This document shows, piece after piece, positions 38,601 to 47,953 of a stretch of DNA of 64,000 bases. A program made the translations under genes and the position numbers. Every line of letters begins with the position of its first letter. Position 1 is the first letter of the stretch. The stretch is from Promethearchaeota archaeon (GTDB lineage Archaea > Asgardarchaeota > Lokiarchaeia > Sigyniarchaeales > SOKP01): NCBI GenBank assembly GCA_048937405.1, contig JBHLNF010000003.1:160001-224000 (forward strand). Reading direction: 5' to 3'. Under the pieces are notes generated by a model. It worked only from the letters and a program-made list of their open reading frames with translations. It made no database searches and was not told the origin of the DNA.

Positions 38601-40558
38601 TGAGTAATATTTGTATTTGATATAATTGAATTATTACAATTTATTAAAATTATTTGTCCGGCATTTTTTATTAGATTAGTATCTTTTACTTGTTCATTCC
38701 AGCGGTAGATCAGTGGTTTTGCATTTACTTCATTATCAGTAATATTATATGAAATATTATTAAAAGAAAGAGAGGGTAAATAATCCTCTTCCTTAAAATT
38801 TATGTATAATCCACAATAAGTTAGTTGATTTTCCAAAATTGTAACATTAAAAACATTAAATAAATAAATACCACTTTTTCCATTATACTTCCCCTTATTC
38901 TTGGTAAGGTTATTATAATTACTCCATTCCAGAAAAATTCCATTACCATAGTCAGCCGAAGATTCCAAATCTTGATGAGCAGTATTATTATTCATTGTAT
39001 TATTTAAGATTAAATTATATTCACTACCACCACTCAAACGTATACCATTAGAATTGAATGTGGCAATATTTTCAGAAATATTATTATTATTGCTCTCAAC
39101 AAGATGTAATCCCTCTAAAGTATTATTAATTAATGTATTTTCTAAAATAGTATTATTCTCACAATTTTCCAATAAAATACCTGTCATAGCATGGTCATAC
39201 GAGCGTAAATCTTTATTGTTACATTTCACTCTATTTTTTGTAATATTATTGTTGAAACATTCTCTAAGATGAATTCCAACTTCATTATATGAGACATTAT
39301 TCTCTATAATTTTACTGAAAGTAGTTGATCTTATTTTAATCCCAAAGAAATTACTATTATTAATTTCATTAGAATCGATTGTTATATTATAACAATAAGT
39401 TAAATCAATCCCATATTCTCTATTATTATTTAACGTATTGTTTCTAATTGTGATATTTTCACAAAAATGTAAGCTAACTCCTATCGAAGAAGAAGAAATG
39501 TTAAAATCAGAGATTAATGAATCATTACATCCTGCTAATATAATTTGTCCTGGAGGTTCTGGAGGTCCAGTTTGTGTAAAATCTTGGTTATTAAGATTGC
39601 TTTCGTTAAAATAATAATACACAGATTTCCCATTTACTGTATTACTTGTATCAATATTATAATCAAAATAAAAAAGAGAATTACCATTGAAACTTAGACC
39701 ACAATCTACCATTTGATTAGCTGCTAAGGTATTATTTGTAGATTCAAAAAAATACATTCCTCTCGTATTGTTCACAAGACGATTCTGACTAATATTGTTA
39801 TGATTACAATTTGCTTGAAATGAGATTCCTAAATTCCCATTATAAGAAAGATTATTTTCTTTTATAATATTCATTGTACAGAAATCTTTAGCCCAAATCC
39901 CTGATTGACCATTATTTTCAATAGTATTATTAAATATAATATTATTTTCACATAAAGTTTCTAATTCAAATCCACGGTGAAAATTATGATGAATTTGATT
40001 ATCTGAAAAATTGTTATAAGAACTACTACCATTTATCCTTATTCCAACTTCATTACCGAATATTTTATTTTTTTGAATTATATTGTTTTCACTTTTATTT
40101 AGCCATATACCATATTTTTGATTACTAAAAAATGTACTATTAATTATTTTACCATTAGTAACATTATTAAACATCAATCCAAAATACATTTCGCTGGATC
40201 CAAATAAGGTACAATTATTAATCACAAAATAATCCTCTGAATTTTCTATAAGGATGCAAAAACCTGAAGCTCCGGCATTAATTGTAACATTTTCAATTAA
40301 ATGAGGATCTGCTAAATCTCCGGTTCTATTCTGGATCCAATCAAGATCCGCGTCAGACCAATTATCATTTGCGATATGAATTGGAGGGCAATTTGGCCAA
40401 AAATCTGCTGTTTTTAACTTAGAATCATTATTAGTGGATTCAAAATTCTTTTCTGCTGTAAAATAGTTCCAAAAATCCCCCCTAAGAAATGAATAACTGG
40501 AGAATATAAATACAAGTATTAATAAAACTTCAATTTTTTTTTTTTTTTCTTGAATCAT
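35642..40558 (-). CDS. Membrane receptor-like protein: signal anchor, NosD/CASH beta-helix ectodomain, Ca-binding DxDxDG repeats, CARDB/Ig-like, TM helix, Swt1/HEPN-like domain, C-terminal TIR
   Basis: GIxL..s.nN.I..N repeats; DTDGDRL, DSDGDGLNDYWE, DSDGDTFLDGIE; PNLAVV...IINNG...IIDPNNLINE; TM FEIILIIVGVVALISIISIYLIL then KPK; IENFESNLKSFI...EWWGVGIP...ENWNQIF; TIR NVFLSYS...FFWEED...FVFFCS..SVKSRAVEDEWQAA...IVPV. Confidence 0.8.
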   Translation of the reverse strand: MIQEKKKKIEVLLILVFIFSSYSFLRGDFWNYFTAEKNFESTNNDSKLKTADFWPNCPPIHIANDNWSDADLDWIQNRTGDLADPHLIENVTINAGASGFCILIENSEDYFVINNCTLFGSSEMYFGLMFNNVTNGKIINSTFFSNQKYGIWLNKSENNIIQKNKIFGNEVGIRINGSSSYNNFSDNQIHHNFHRGFELETLCENNIIFNNTIENNGQSGIWAKDFCTMNIIKENNLSYNGNLGISFQANCNHNNISQNRLVNNTRGMYFFESTNNTLAANQMVDCGLSFNGNSLFYFDYNIDTSNTVNGKSVYYYFNESNLNNQDFTQTGPPEPPGQIILAGCNDSLISDFNISSSSIGVSLHFCENITIRNNTLNNNREYGIDLTYCYNITIDSNEINNSNFFGIKIRSTTFSKIIENNVSYNEVGIHLRECFNNNITKNRVKCNNKDLRSYDHAMTGILLENCENNTILENTLINNTLEGLHLVESNNNNISENIATFNSNGIRLSGGSEYNLILNNTMNNNTAHQDLESSADYGNGIFLEWSNYNNLTKNKGKYNGKSGIYLFNVFNVTILENQLTYCGLYINFKEEDYLPSLSFNNISYNITDNEVNAKPLIYRWNEQVKDTNLIKNAGQIILINCNNSIISNTNITHATVGITLYNCSNNIITNNSASFNSEEGLLLNFYCHNNSILKNNFSNCRSGIIVCESDNSTISQCFFKNNLIGLLLSNNVDTTIITNNSGINNIGSSILVFPEEGVVDHTKLSGNEFKGGGITLVSNAIQEDTFDIDDTNTVNDKRFYYYYNESNLGPSDFTNASQVYLVNSENSYISDLDLFNVSLGLFLFNCSNTLFERINLTDNYFFGIVSFLSKECNFSNCIINNNQLGLVLVSTNNSHFSFNELNNNDAGLYLQDSSNNIFFNNSFNFNKITNKPLSFLELGGGYGLYILNYSDNNIISNNTIKGNERFGIYFEEKNANKNNTIQNNRITDNKEFGILIEESLYLEDNKICYNNFINNEVDAEDSGVNNTWDDGYAGNYWDEYKGEDLNPEDGIGDIPFLIDGTTRVFDSNPLIYPTYEDTDGDRLYNYEEYIPGSDTYRTNVTNPDSDGDGLNDYWEALNLTNPWNKDTDFDNMEDLWEVLNGLEPLNGNDNLTDSDNDQLLNIDEFKHQTDPKNNDSDGDTFLDGIEVKLGTEPLIRFWYPMPNLAVVNFHASTAEIGKSFVLNFTIINNGIWEANNIEIIIRVEYTGDILYNNSDTPIEYLGVNKTFSHIFTSSSIDSTGGDVVIELIIDPNNLINETYGSRYGELKENGEGDNYDYFILEISGESSGDGGDGLTAFEIILIIVGVVALISIISIYLILKPKINKRSTHKKQLEIAIKDIENFESNLKSFIKLKLQSNYESEWWGVGIPEYIRSTLDIKMQTIKPSKLKAQIEPMDAIDLSDSSSIITNNENWNQIFSTIFPNKDMVETNLMNLSIFKKGINQGIITSEQLSSYPLFINNIRSYFTQELNVFLSYSTLDSKHFNIKEIAKRLETYPKVDKVFFWEEDSGENIVSYMERTLKMTKVFVFFCSQHSVKSRAVEDEWQAAFQMRKKGLMKIVPVYETEELIPFLLTPLLNVKFTKEDFDGFIEKLHEEIIR

Positions 40559-40892
40559 AGTGATCTGGATTTACTAAATATATATAATATGGTAATATTA
40601 ACGATTCACCTTATTATATTTTTTTAATTTTTATAGGGTTTATATTTAAACAAGCTAGAGCTAAATTGAATTTTTTTAAACAAAAAAATATAATAGAAGC
40701 ATAAAAATTAATTTATAGAAGTGAGAAGAATTCTTACATGATGTTAAACTTCCACTATTGGAAGAAGTATTATGAATAGAGAAAAATCTCCAAAAATTTT
40801 TAGTATCAAATGTTAAAATAGGTTTTGAGTAAGAATTAATCAATTAATTTGATTGATAAAACATTCTTTAAACATAATTAGGTTTTTAGATT

Positions 40893-41519
40893 CTAAGTCT
40901 TTGCTACAAAAATATATCTTAATTTATGAACATGAGGTCCAAGGTCACCATGATCTTCTTTTTCTTCAATTATATCTGTTTCAATTACTGAAAATGCTTT
41001 AAAATGATTTAATAAATCTTTTTCTGTGAAATAATGTGTTGGTCGATAAGGTTTACTCTCAAAAGTATTCTTTTCAATCTTGGCACCTCTTCCAAAACTC
41101 TCTTCTGACTCCGAAAAAACTGAAAAAAATGCAAAACCATTATCTTGAAGCTGATTATAACATTTTTCGATGAAGATTTTTCGTTGATTTTCAAGTAATA
41201 AATGCAGTACGTTAAAACAAAATATTGCATCATATTTCTCATTGTTAAATGGCATATCCATTACAGAACCTAAGATCAATTTGGAATATGGATCAAATTT
41301 CTTAGCTATGTTTAATGCTACTTCAGAAATTTCAATACCAGTTACATCATAATTATTTATTGAAAAAAATTTTGTATGTCTTCCGTAACCCGCACCAGGA
41401 ATGAGAATTGTATTGATATTATACTTTTTAAATAATTTAAGGGAATATTTTGCTGTTGTACTTGGCTCAGTTCCCCAAATTTGTCCTTTATCCAAGAATC
41501 TGCTATTCCAATATTCCAT
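40893..41519 (-). CDS. Class I SAM-dependent methyltransferase
   Basis: ILIPGAGYGRH, GIEIS, YDAIFCFNVLH. Confidence 0.85.
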   Translation of the reverse strand: MEYWNSRFLDKGQIWGTEPSTTAKYSLKLFKKYNINTILIPGAGYGRHTKFFSINNYDVTGIEISEVALNIAKKFDPYSKLILGSVMDMPFNNEKYDAIFCFNVLHLLLENQRKIFIEKCYNQLQDNGFAFFSVFSESEESFGRGAKIEKNTFESKPYRPTHYFTEKDLLNHFKAFSVIETDIIEEKEDHGDLGPHVHKLRYIFVAKT

Positions 41520-41638
41520 GAGAGTTTAAGAGAAATTCAACTAGAAGATAATATTATTCAGAAAAAAAATATATTAATAAATAATAAAATTTCTATTTTA
41601 TTGATTCAATGTTAGATTATTAGGAATGTAGCCTAAAA

Positions 41639-42763
41639 TTGCAAAATAAAGATAAACAAATAAAAAGAATAGGTTTAATTGTAAATCCCATCGCAGGAAT
41701 GGGAGGAAGCGTAGGACTTAAAGGAACAGATGGAAAAATATTCAGACAAGCTGAAAAAATGGGTGCTATGCCTGTAACTCCCATTAGAGCAAAGGAATTA
41801 TTAGTGAATTTGAAAAACAAGGAAAAAATGATACTATTAGTGGCACCAGGTAAAATGGGAGCTGAAATTGTTAGAAATCTTGGTATAAAATTTAAAATTA
41901 TTGGCGAAATTGGTACTGAAACAACAGCTGCAGATACTAAAAGAATTGCGAAGCGAATGCTAGAAGACAATATTGATCTTTTAATATTTTGTGGCGGAGA
42001 TGGAACAGCACGGGATATTTTCGATTCAATTGGATTAGAAAAGCCTGTTGTTGCTCTACCTGCTGGAGTAAAAATGTTTAGTTCTGTTTTTGCTATAAAT
42101 CCTAGAGCTGCGGCAGAGATAGTTGATAAATTTATCGAAGAAGCGATAGAAACCCAAGAAAAGGAGGTTCTTGATATTGATGAAGATTTAGTTCGTCAAG
42201 ATATCTTACAAGCAAAATTATACGGATATTTGAAAGTACCGAAAATCTTAGGGTTAATACAAGCAGGAAAAGTTAGTTCTGGGATGGGGAAAACAGTTGA
42301 AGAAAATAAACAAGAAATTTCTCAGTTCATAATCGAGAATATGGAAACTGATATTTTATATCTACTGGGACCAGGCACCACGATAAAGACAATAACGGAC
42401 AATCTTCAATTACCTAAAACTCTTCTTGGAATAGATGCTGTATATAATAATAAATCTGTTGGGTTAGATTTAAATGAGAAAAATATTCTGGAATTGTTAA
42501 ATCATTATAAAAAGGTTATAATCATCATTTCCCCTATTGGGGGTCAAGGTTTTATTTTCGGACGTGGAAATAAGCAAATTACACCCAAAATTCTAAAAAT
42601 AATAGGAAAAGAAAATATTAGAATCATATCTACTGTAGAGAAAATCAGACAATTAGATTGTCTAAGAGTTGATACGGGAGATATTGAGACAGATAAGAAG
42701 TTAATAGGTTTTACTAAAGTTATTACAGGTTATAAAGAAGAACTGATAATCAACGTTGAATAA
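41639..42763 (+). CDS. ATP-NAD kinase family protein (archaeal type)
   Basis: NPIAGMGGSVGLKGTDG, GGDGTARD, PAGVKMFS, GGQGFIFGRGNKQ, VDTGD. Confidence 0.85.
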   Translation: MQNKDKQIKRIGLIVNPIAGMGGSVGLKGTDGKIFRQAEKMGAMPVTPIRAKELLVNLKNKEKMILLVAPGKMGAEIVRNLGIKFKIIGEIGTETTAADTKRIAKRMLEDNIDLLIFCGGDGTARDIFDSIGLEKPVVALPAGVKMFSSVFAINPRAAAEIVDKFIEEAIETQEKEVLDIDEDLVRQDILQAKLYGYLKVPKILGLIQAGKVSSGMGKTVEENKQEISQFIIENMETDILYLLGPGTTIKTITDNLQLPKTLLGIDAVYNNKSVGLDLNEKNILELLNHYKKVIIIISPIGGQGFIFGRGNKQITPKILKIIGKENIRIISTVEKIRQLDCLRVDTGDIETDKKLIGFTKVITGYKEELIINVE

Positions 42764-42829
42764 TTTATAAATAAAAAAATACAATTTGTTTAAGTTTTAA
42801 ATTTTTCAATATTTTATAGTGTCTGAATT

Positions 42830-43801
42830 ATGAAGATTCAATTAAATATGAATGAGATGTATAAAACTCCCCCTAAGGAAATTCTCGATCCTGTAAAAGA
42901 AAGTATTAATCAAATTAATCGCTATACTCCACAAAAAGAAGTGGATGCTTTAATTGAACAAATTTCTTATTATACAGAAGTTCCTAATGAATCGATAGTA
43001 TTAAGTTCAGGTTCAGATCTCTTAATCAAAGAATTTATATTCCTCTTTTCAAATAATAGACAAATAATAATAACGGAACCAACTTTCGTAGTAATCAATA
43101 ATTCAGCTCAAAAAGTAAACTCTCCTCTACTAAAAATTCGAATAAGTGAGCCAGATTTCAAAATTTCTTTAGATTCTTTTCTTAATGATTTAAAAAGACC
43201 ATCATTAATAGTATTTGATAATCCAAATAATCCAACTGGCAGTTTAACATTAAATCAAAAAGATGTTAAAACTATATTAGATAATGAAAATGTCATTATG
43301 TTAATTGATGAAGCATACTTTGAATTCTCAAAAGTCAGTTTTGTAAAATTAATAAATGACTATCCTAATCTTGCTATATTAAGGACATTAAGCAAGTCAT
43401 TTGGTTTAGCTGGATCTGGAATTGGTTATTTATTAACGGGTGATTTAATAAGGAAAAAATTCCAAGGATTAGAGATAATGCTTCCATATCCAAGTGTCAT
43501 CGCTGGAATCAAAGCCCTAACGTATCAAGAATATATGATAAATTATGTCAATGAACTTCAAAATGAAAAATTGAGAATTAGCAAGTATCTCACTGAGTTA
43601 GGTATAAGGATTTTCTCTAGTTATACCAATTTTTTGTTAGTGAAAACAAATATTCCAAATATTACTCAAATCCTAGCAAAATATGGGATTTTGGTTCACG
43701 ATGTTTCAAATCAATTGAGCTCCGAATTTTTTAGAGTTACTATAAGTTCTAAAAAAGAAAATAATTACTTTTTACAAATAATTGAAAAAATTATCGCTTA
43801 A
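42830..43801 (+). CDS. hisC: Histidinol-phosphate aminotransferase-like PLP enzyme (class I/II)
   Basis: NRY, GSD, NPNNPTG, IDEAYFEF, RTLSKSFGLAG, TNFLL. Confidence 0.7.
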   Translation: MKIQLNMNEMYKTPPKEILDPVKESINQINRYTPQKEVDALIEQISYYTEVPNESIVLSSGSDLLIKEFIFLFSNNRQIIITEPTFVVINNSAQKVNSPLLKIRISEPDFKISLDSFLNDLKRPSLIVFDNPNNPTGSLTLNQKDVKTILDNENVIMLIDEAYFEFSKVSFVKLINDYPNLAILRTLSKSFGLAGSGIGYLLTGDLIRKKFQGLEIMLPYPSVIAGIKALTYQEYMINYVNELQNEKLRISKYLTELGIRIFSSYTNFLLVKTNIPNITQILAKYGILVHDVSNQLSSEFFRVTISSKKENNYFLQIIEKIIA

Positions 43802-43884
43802 GTATTAAATAAACAAAACTTTATATTAATAAGAATGAAGTAATTGTCCTTGATTTTTATTCACATAGAAAAAAAGTAAATTTT

Positions 43885-44610
43885 ATGTCTAAAAACAATA
43901 ATAGAGAAGTTAGTAGAATAAAAGAACTTGAAAGTATCAATTTGGCCAGAGAAGAAATTAGAGATTTTGTTATTGAAACTAAGAAAGAAGTTGAAAAGGA
44001 TAATGATTTATTAGCTAAACAAGTGAATGATGAACTTAAGAAAAGAGGGATCAAATCTATAGACGTTGTTGGAGCAATTGGAGCGGGTAAAACAGCAATA
44101 CTAGAAAAGATTGCTGCAGAATTATCAAAAAAATATAGAATCTTAGTAATTTGTGGTGATATTACTACTAGAGTTGATGCTGATAGAATTGAGAAGCATA
44201 ATGTTCACTCGATTCAAATAAATACAGGGAGAGAGTGTGCCTTAAATGCGTATCATATTTATCAGGTTTTAAAGAATCAAGATTTAAACAAGTTTGATCT
44301 AATTTTCATAGAAAATGTTGGAAATCTAATTTGTCCATCCGATTTCAAACTAGGTACAGATAAAAGAATGACGGTAGTTTCGATAACTGAAGGAGAATGG
44401 GTGATTGAAAAACATCCAATGCTCTTTAAAATGTCAGATGTTGCTGTTATTAATAAGATCGATCTTCTAGAGAGATTAGGAACAAATATTGATAAAATGG
44501 AAACTGATGCCAAAAATTTTAACCCGAAAATAAAGGTAATAAAAACTAGCGCAAAAACTAATAAAAATATTGATTTATTAATTAAAGCACTTGAACTATC
44601 ACTATTATGA
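43885..44610 (+). CDS. hypB: Hydrogenase nickel incorporation GTPase HypB
   Basis: GAIGAGKT, GD..T..DADRI, QINTGRECAL, IENVGNLICPSDF.LG, SITEG, KHP, NKIDL, SAKT. Confidence 0.88.
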   Translation: MSKNNNREVSRIKELESINLAREEIRDFVIETKKEVEKDNDLLAKQVNDELKKRGIKSIDVVGAIGAGKTAILEKIAAELSKKYRILVICGDITTRVDADRIEKHNVHSIQINTGRECALNAYHIYQVLKNQDLNKFDLIFIENVGNLICPSDFKLGTDKRMTVVSITEGEWVIEKHPMLFKMSDVAVINKIDLLERLGTNIDKMETDAKNFNPKIKVIKTSAKTNKNIDLLIKALELSLL

Positions 44611-44621
44611 AGTGAGAATAA

Positions 44622-45056
44622 ATGAAAAAAGATTTAAAAGAAATTGAAATAATAGTGGGCGATTTAGAGTTAAATTCTCAAACTCAAATTAAAGATTTGC
44701 TGAGTAATTTCTTACAAACTCATCTTAATCGAAATAAAATTGATAACTTTATTGGGGATTATCCCACTTTCATAGAACCTGTACACCTTGAAGAAAATAT
44801 TAGAATTGGAGATGATGTACTATTAGGACCGAATGTATACATTGGTAAGGATTCTGAAATAAAAGATTATGTGGAAATATCGAATTCTATTATCTTTGAT
44901 AATGTTATTATCGGAGAAAATAATAAGTTAGATAATTGTATTATTGGAAAGAATACTTCATTGGTATGTGAAAATATTAATGTGAATAATTGCGTTATAG
45001 TTGGAAATGTAAAAAACAAAGAAGATCTTTATAAAATTATGTATAAATTTGAGTAA
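44622..45056 (+). CDS. Stand-alone left-handed beta-helix (hexapeptide repeat) protein, like NDP-sugar pyrophosphorylase C-terminal domain
   Basis: EPVHLEENIRIGDDVLLGPNVYIGKDSEI...NSIIFDNVIIG...NCIIG. Confidence 0.75.
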   Translation: MKKDLKEIEIIVGDLELNSQTQIKDLLSNFLQTHLNRNKIDNFIGDYPTFIEPVHLEENIRIGDDVLLGPNVYIGKDSEIKDYVEISNSIIFDNVIIGENNKLDNCIIGKNTSLVCENINVNNCVIVGNVKNKEDLYKIMYKFE

Positions 45057-45921
45057 ATTAGTTTATCCAATAACTATTAATGACCTAAAGCCTTTTTGGG
45101 ATATTATTTTGAATAATGATAAATTTTTTAAAAAAAATCTAAAAAGATGGAATGAACTTGTAGAGATTAATGCTAAATCAAAATTTTATGATTTAGAGGG
45201 CTTTAAATCTGGTAAGATTTCTTTACTTTCAATAGAATTAAAAGAATTAGGAGATGTAAAGGGAAAATCTTTGTTGCACTTACAATGTCATTTTGGGATG
45301 GATACACTTTCATGGGCGAGATTAGGAGCTGAAGTTACTGGGATTGATTTTTCAGATAAAGCAATTAATTTAGCTAAAAACTTAAGTAAAGAGTTAAAAA
45401 TACCCGGAAGATTTATTTTATCTAACTTATATGATATACCAGAGGTTTTGAACGAAAAATTTGATATTATATTTACTTCATATGGATCAATCTGTTGGTT
45501 ACCTAATTTAATTACATGGGCTCAGATAATAAGTGATTTTTTAAAGGAGGAAGGGATTTTTTATATTATAGATAACCATCCTTTTGGACTTCTTATTGAC
45601 GAACACCAAAAGGCATTTAGGGTAGGTTATAATTATTTTTCTGAAGGAATACCAATTTGTTTCGATGAAAATGGAGCATATGCAGATCCTTTAGCAAAAC
45701 TAAAGAATCGAAAATCTTATGATTGGCTTCATAGCATGAGTTCAATAGTGAATGCTTTAATAGACGCCAATTTAGAAATTGAATTCTTGCATGAATTTCC
45801 ATTTACATTTCATAATATTCACCCTAATATGAAAAGAAGAGAAGATGGTTATTGGGAGTTTACAGATTTAGAATTCACTGTTCCTATGATGTTTTCAATT
45901 AAAGCTTATAAAAAAAGTTAA
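45049..45921 (+). CDS. Class I SAM-dependent methyltransferase (start possibly about 20 codons downstream)
   Basis: GKSLLHLQCHFGMDTLSWARLGAEVTGIDFS, FDIIFTSYG...WLP. Confidence 0.88.
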   Translation: MSKLVYPITINDLKPFWDIILNNDKFFKKNLKRWNELVEINAKSKFYDLEGFKSGKISLLSIELKELGDVKGKSLLHLQCHFGMDTLSWARLGAEVTGIDFSDKAINLAKNLSKELKIPGRFILSNLYDIPEVLNEKFDIIFTSYGSICWLPNLITWAQIISDFLKEEGIFYIIDNHPFGLLIDEHQKAFRVGYNYFSEGIPICFDENGAYADPLAKLKNRKSYDWLHSMSSIVNALIDANLEIEFLHEFPFTFHNIHPNMKRREDGYWEFTDLEFTVPMMFSIKAYKKS

Positions 45922-45949
45922 AAAATTAAAAATTTATGTTTTGAATCAA

Positions 45950-47617
45950 TTATAAATTCTTTATTTTTTCTTCAAAATACTCTTTTAACAAGAAATATGG
46001 TAAATCCCCGCTTTTAAGAATAGTATCGTGAAAGAACTTCAAACTGAATTTGTCACCCATTTTTTCTTCTACTTCTCTTCGTAAGTCATCAATTAAAAGC
46101 TTTCCTAAAAGATATGATAACGGATAACTAGGGGTAGTGGTCCATCCCAATACTGCTGCTTTGGCTGCTTTTTCGTTCATTTGTAATACATTCATTAACA
46201 TTTTAACAGCATCTTCTATTGAACGTTGCTTACTTTGTAATTGTATTTCTAATATCATTTCCATAGCAATCTGCATTAGTGCTCCTGAATTCAATATCTG
46301 AGTTTTTGAGGGATCTTTAAAGAAACCTTGATGTAACATCATTTCCTGACAGTAGATTGCCCATCCTTCTACAGTTTCATAAGCGACCATTGGACTATCT
46401 GTTTGGTTTATAGACAACATTCGAGTGAGAGGAGCAAAAAGGTTATTACATATGAAATCTAAATGATGTCCAGGATAAGCCTCATGAATCATAGTATATG
46501 ACACCATAGTATAAGAATGTCGTTCCATTTGTGTAGGAGAGATCATATAAATACCTGTTTAGTCTTTCTGAAAATAGGGTGCTTCAATGTAGGCAGCAAG
46601 AGCAATAATTGGGATAAGATGAGGGGGTGTTTCAATAATAGTTAACTTTTTTTGAGGAATTGTAGCAAGATTATGTGTTTGAATAAATTTTTTTGCCCGA
46701 TTAGACTCATTTTGGGCATACAAAAGCACTTCCTCAAAATTAGGAATAAGATCTTCTTTAAAAAAAGTATCAATAGCTTCATCAAATGTTTTAGTAGGAT
46801 ATCTCTCCTTAGAAATTTGTCTTACTTTTTTTAATAGGGAGTTAAATATCTTGTTAGCCTTTTTTAGAAGTGTTCTTCTGTCCCAAGGGAGTTTCCGTAA
46901 GTTTAAAAGTTTATCAAGATTTTCAGATCCTAATGCCCAGACAAATTCATTATTATCTACTGGTAAACTCTTTATCCATTCAAGATGAGATTTAATTACT
47001 AATTCGACCTCATTGAATGCCTTTAGGAGTTTTTTTTTTAAAGATTCTGGAACATTAGGTGCCTCTATGAAGACTTTAGCAACACTTTCCATAAATTTTG
47101 GAGTGCTTTCGATCTGTTCTAAAGCCATATCTCTCCATATTATAGGAATTGGATTATCGTCAAAACGACTTTGAAATTCTTCTAAATACCTAGGTAGTTG
47201 CGTTAAATGTGCAATTAATGATTCAGCTACACAAATAGTAGGTCCTTTTCGTTGAAATAAAAGGAATGACATTTCTTGGAAATATGTTAATCCATTAGGG
47301 TATCTTTTCCATAAAGCAAAAGCATCATGCATAAATAAATTGACATTGTGATAATATTCCATTGCTTTAAGTGATATTTGGTTTTCGAAATTTAGTTTTT
47401 TCATATCTAATTGTTTAAGTTTGTCAATCCATTGACTGAACCATTTAAGAGTCTCTACGATATGTTCTGCTGTTCCTGATTCTACTTCTTTTTCATATTC
47501 TTCTTTTCCATGGAAAACGGCGATCCTTGGACTGTGCTTAAATAATTGCTGTATCCCTTTATTTACAATTTCCTCGAATTTTTGATTTTCGTCCATTTTG
47601 AACACATCTATTAACAA
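45950..47617 (-). pseudogene. DUF885-family metallopeptidase-like gene split by a single in-frame TAA (46559-46561)
   Basis: ORFs 46559..47617 and 45950..46546 are in one frame: ...APYFQKD*TGIYMISP...; HEAYPGHH, EGWAIY, SYLLGK, FHDTIL..G.LP motifs. Confidence 0.8.
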
Positions 47618-47735
47618 ATTTTGATTTAAAAAACTCTATTACTTATGTTAGATTTAGCCGTATTTAAATTTTAATGGGGAAACTTATTTAAATTTTTTAG
47701 AAAAAATTATTCTAAAAGAGAGGAATTCATAAATC

Positions 47736-47759
47736 TTCGTGAAACCCCTCTTTCACGAA
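47736..47759. promoter_or_regulatory. Perfect 9-bp inverted repeat in a divergent intergenic region (operator or hairpin candidate)
   Basis: TTCGTGAAA-cccctc-TTTCACGAA. Confidence 0.4.
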
Positions 47760-47953
47760 AAAATCAATGTTATAGTAACAATACCCTTTGTTGATTTATT
47801 CCAATCTTTCAACGAAACTAGGAAAAAATACTTTCCTCTTTTTTTAAAAAAGATAATAAGAAAAATTCAGCCTAGACACCCCCCTTAGATGAATAATAAT
47901 TAAATAATTTAATTTCTTTATTTTTAAATACAAAATTATTTTTTGACAAAAAA

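Noticed and set aside
37500-40300. Highly repetitive ATT/TTA-rich DNA suggesting a tandem repeat or CRISPR array
   Set aside because: Explained by Asn/Ile-rich beta-helix codons on the minus strand; no fixed-length repeat-spacer pattern
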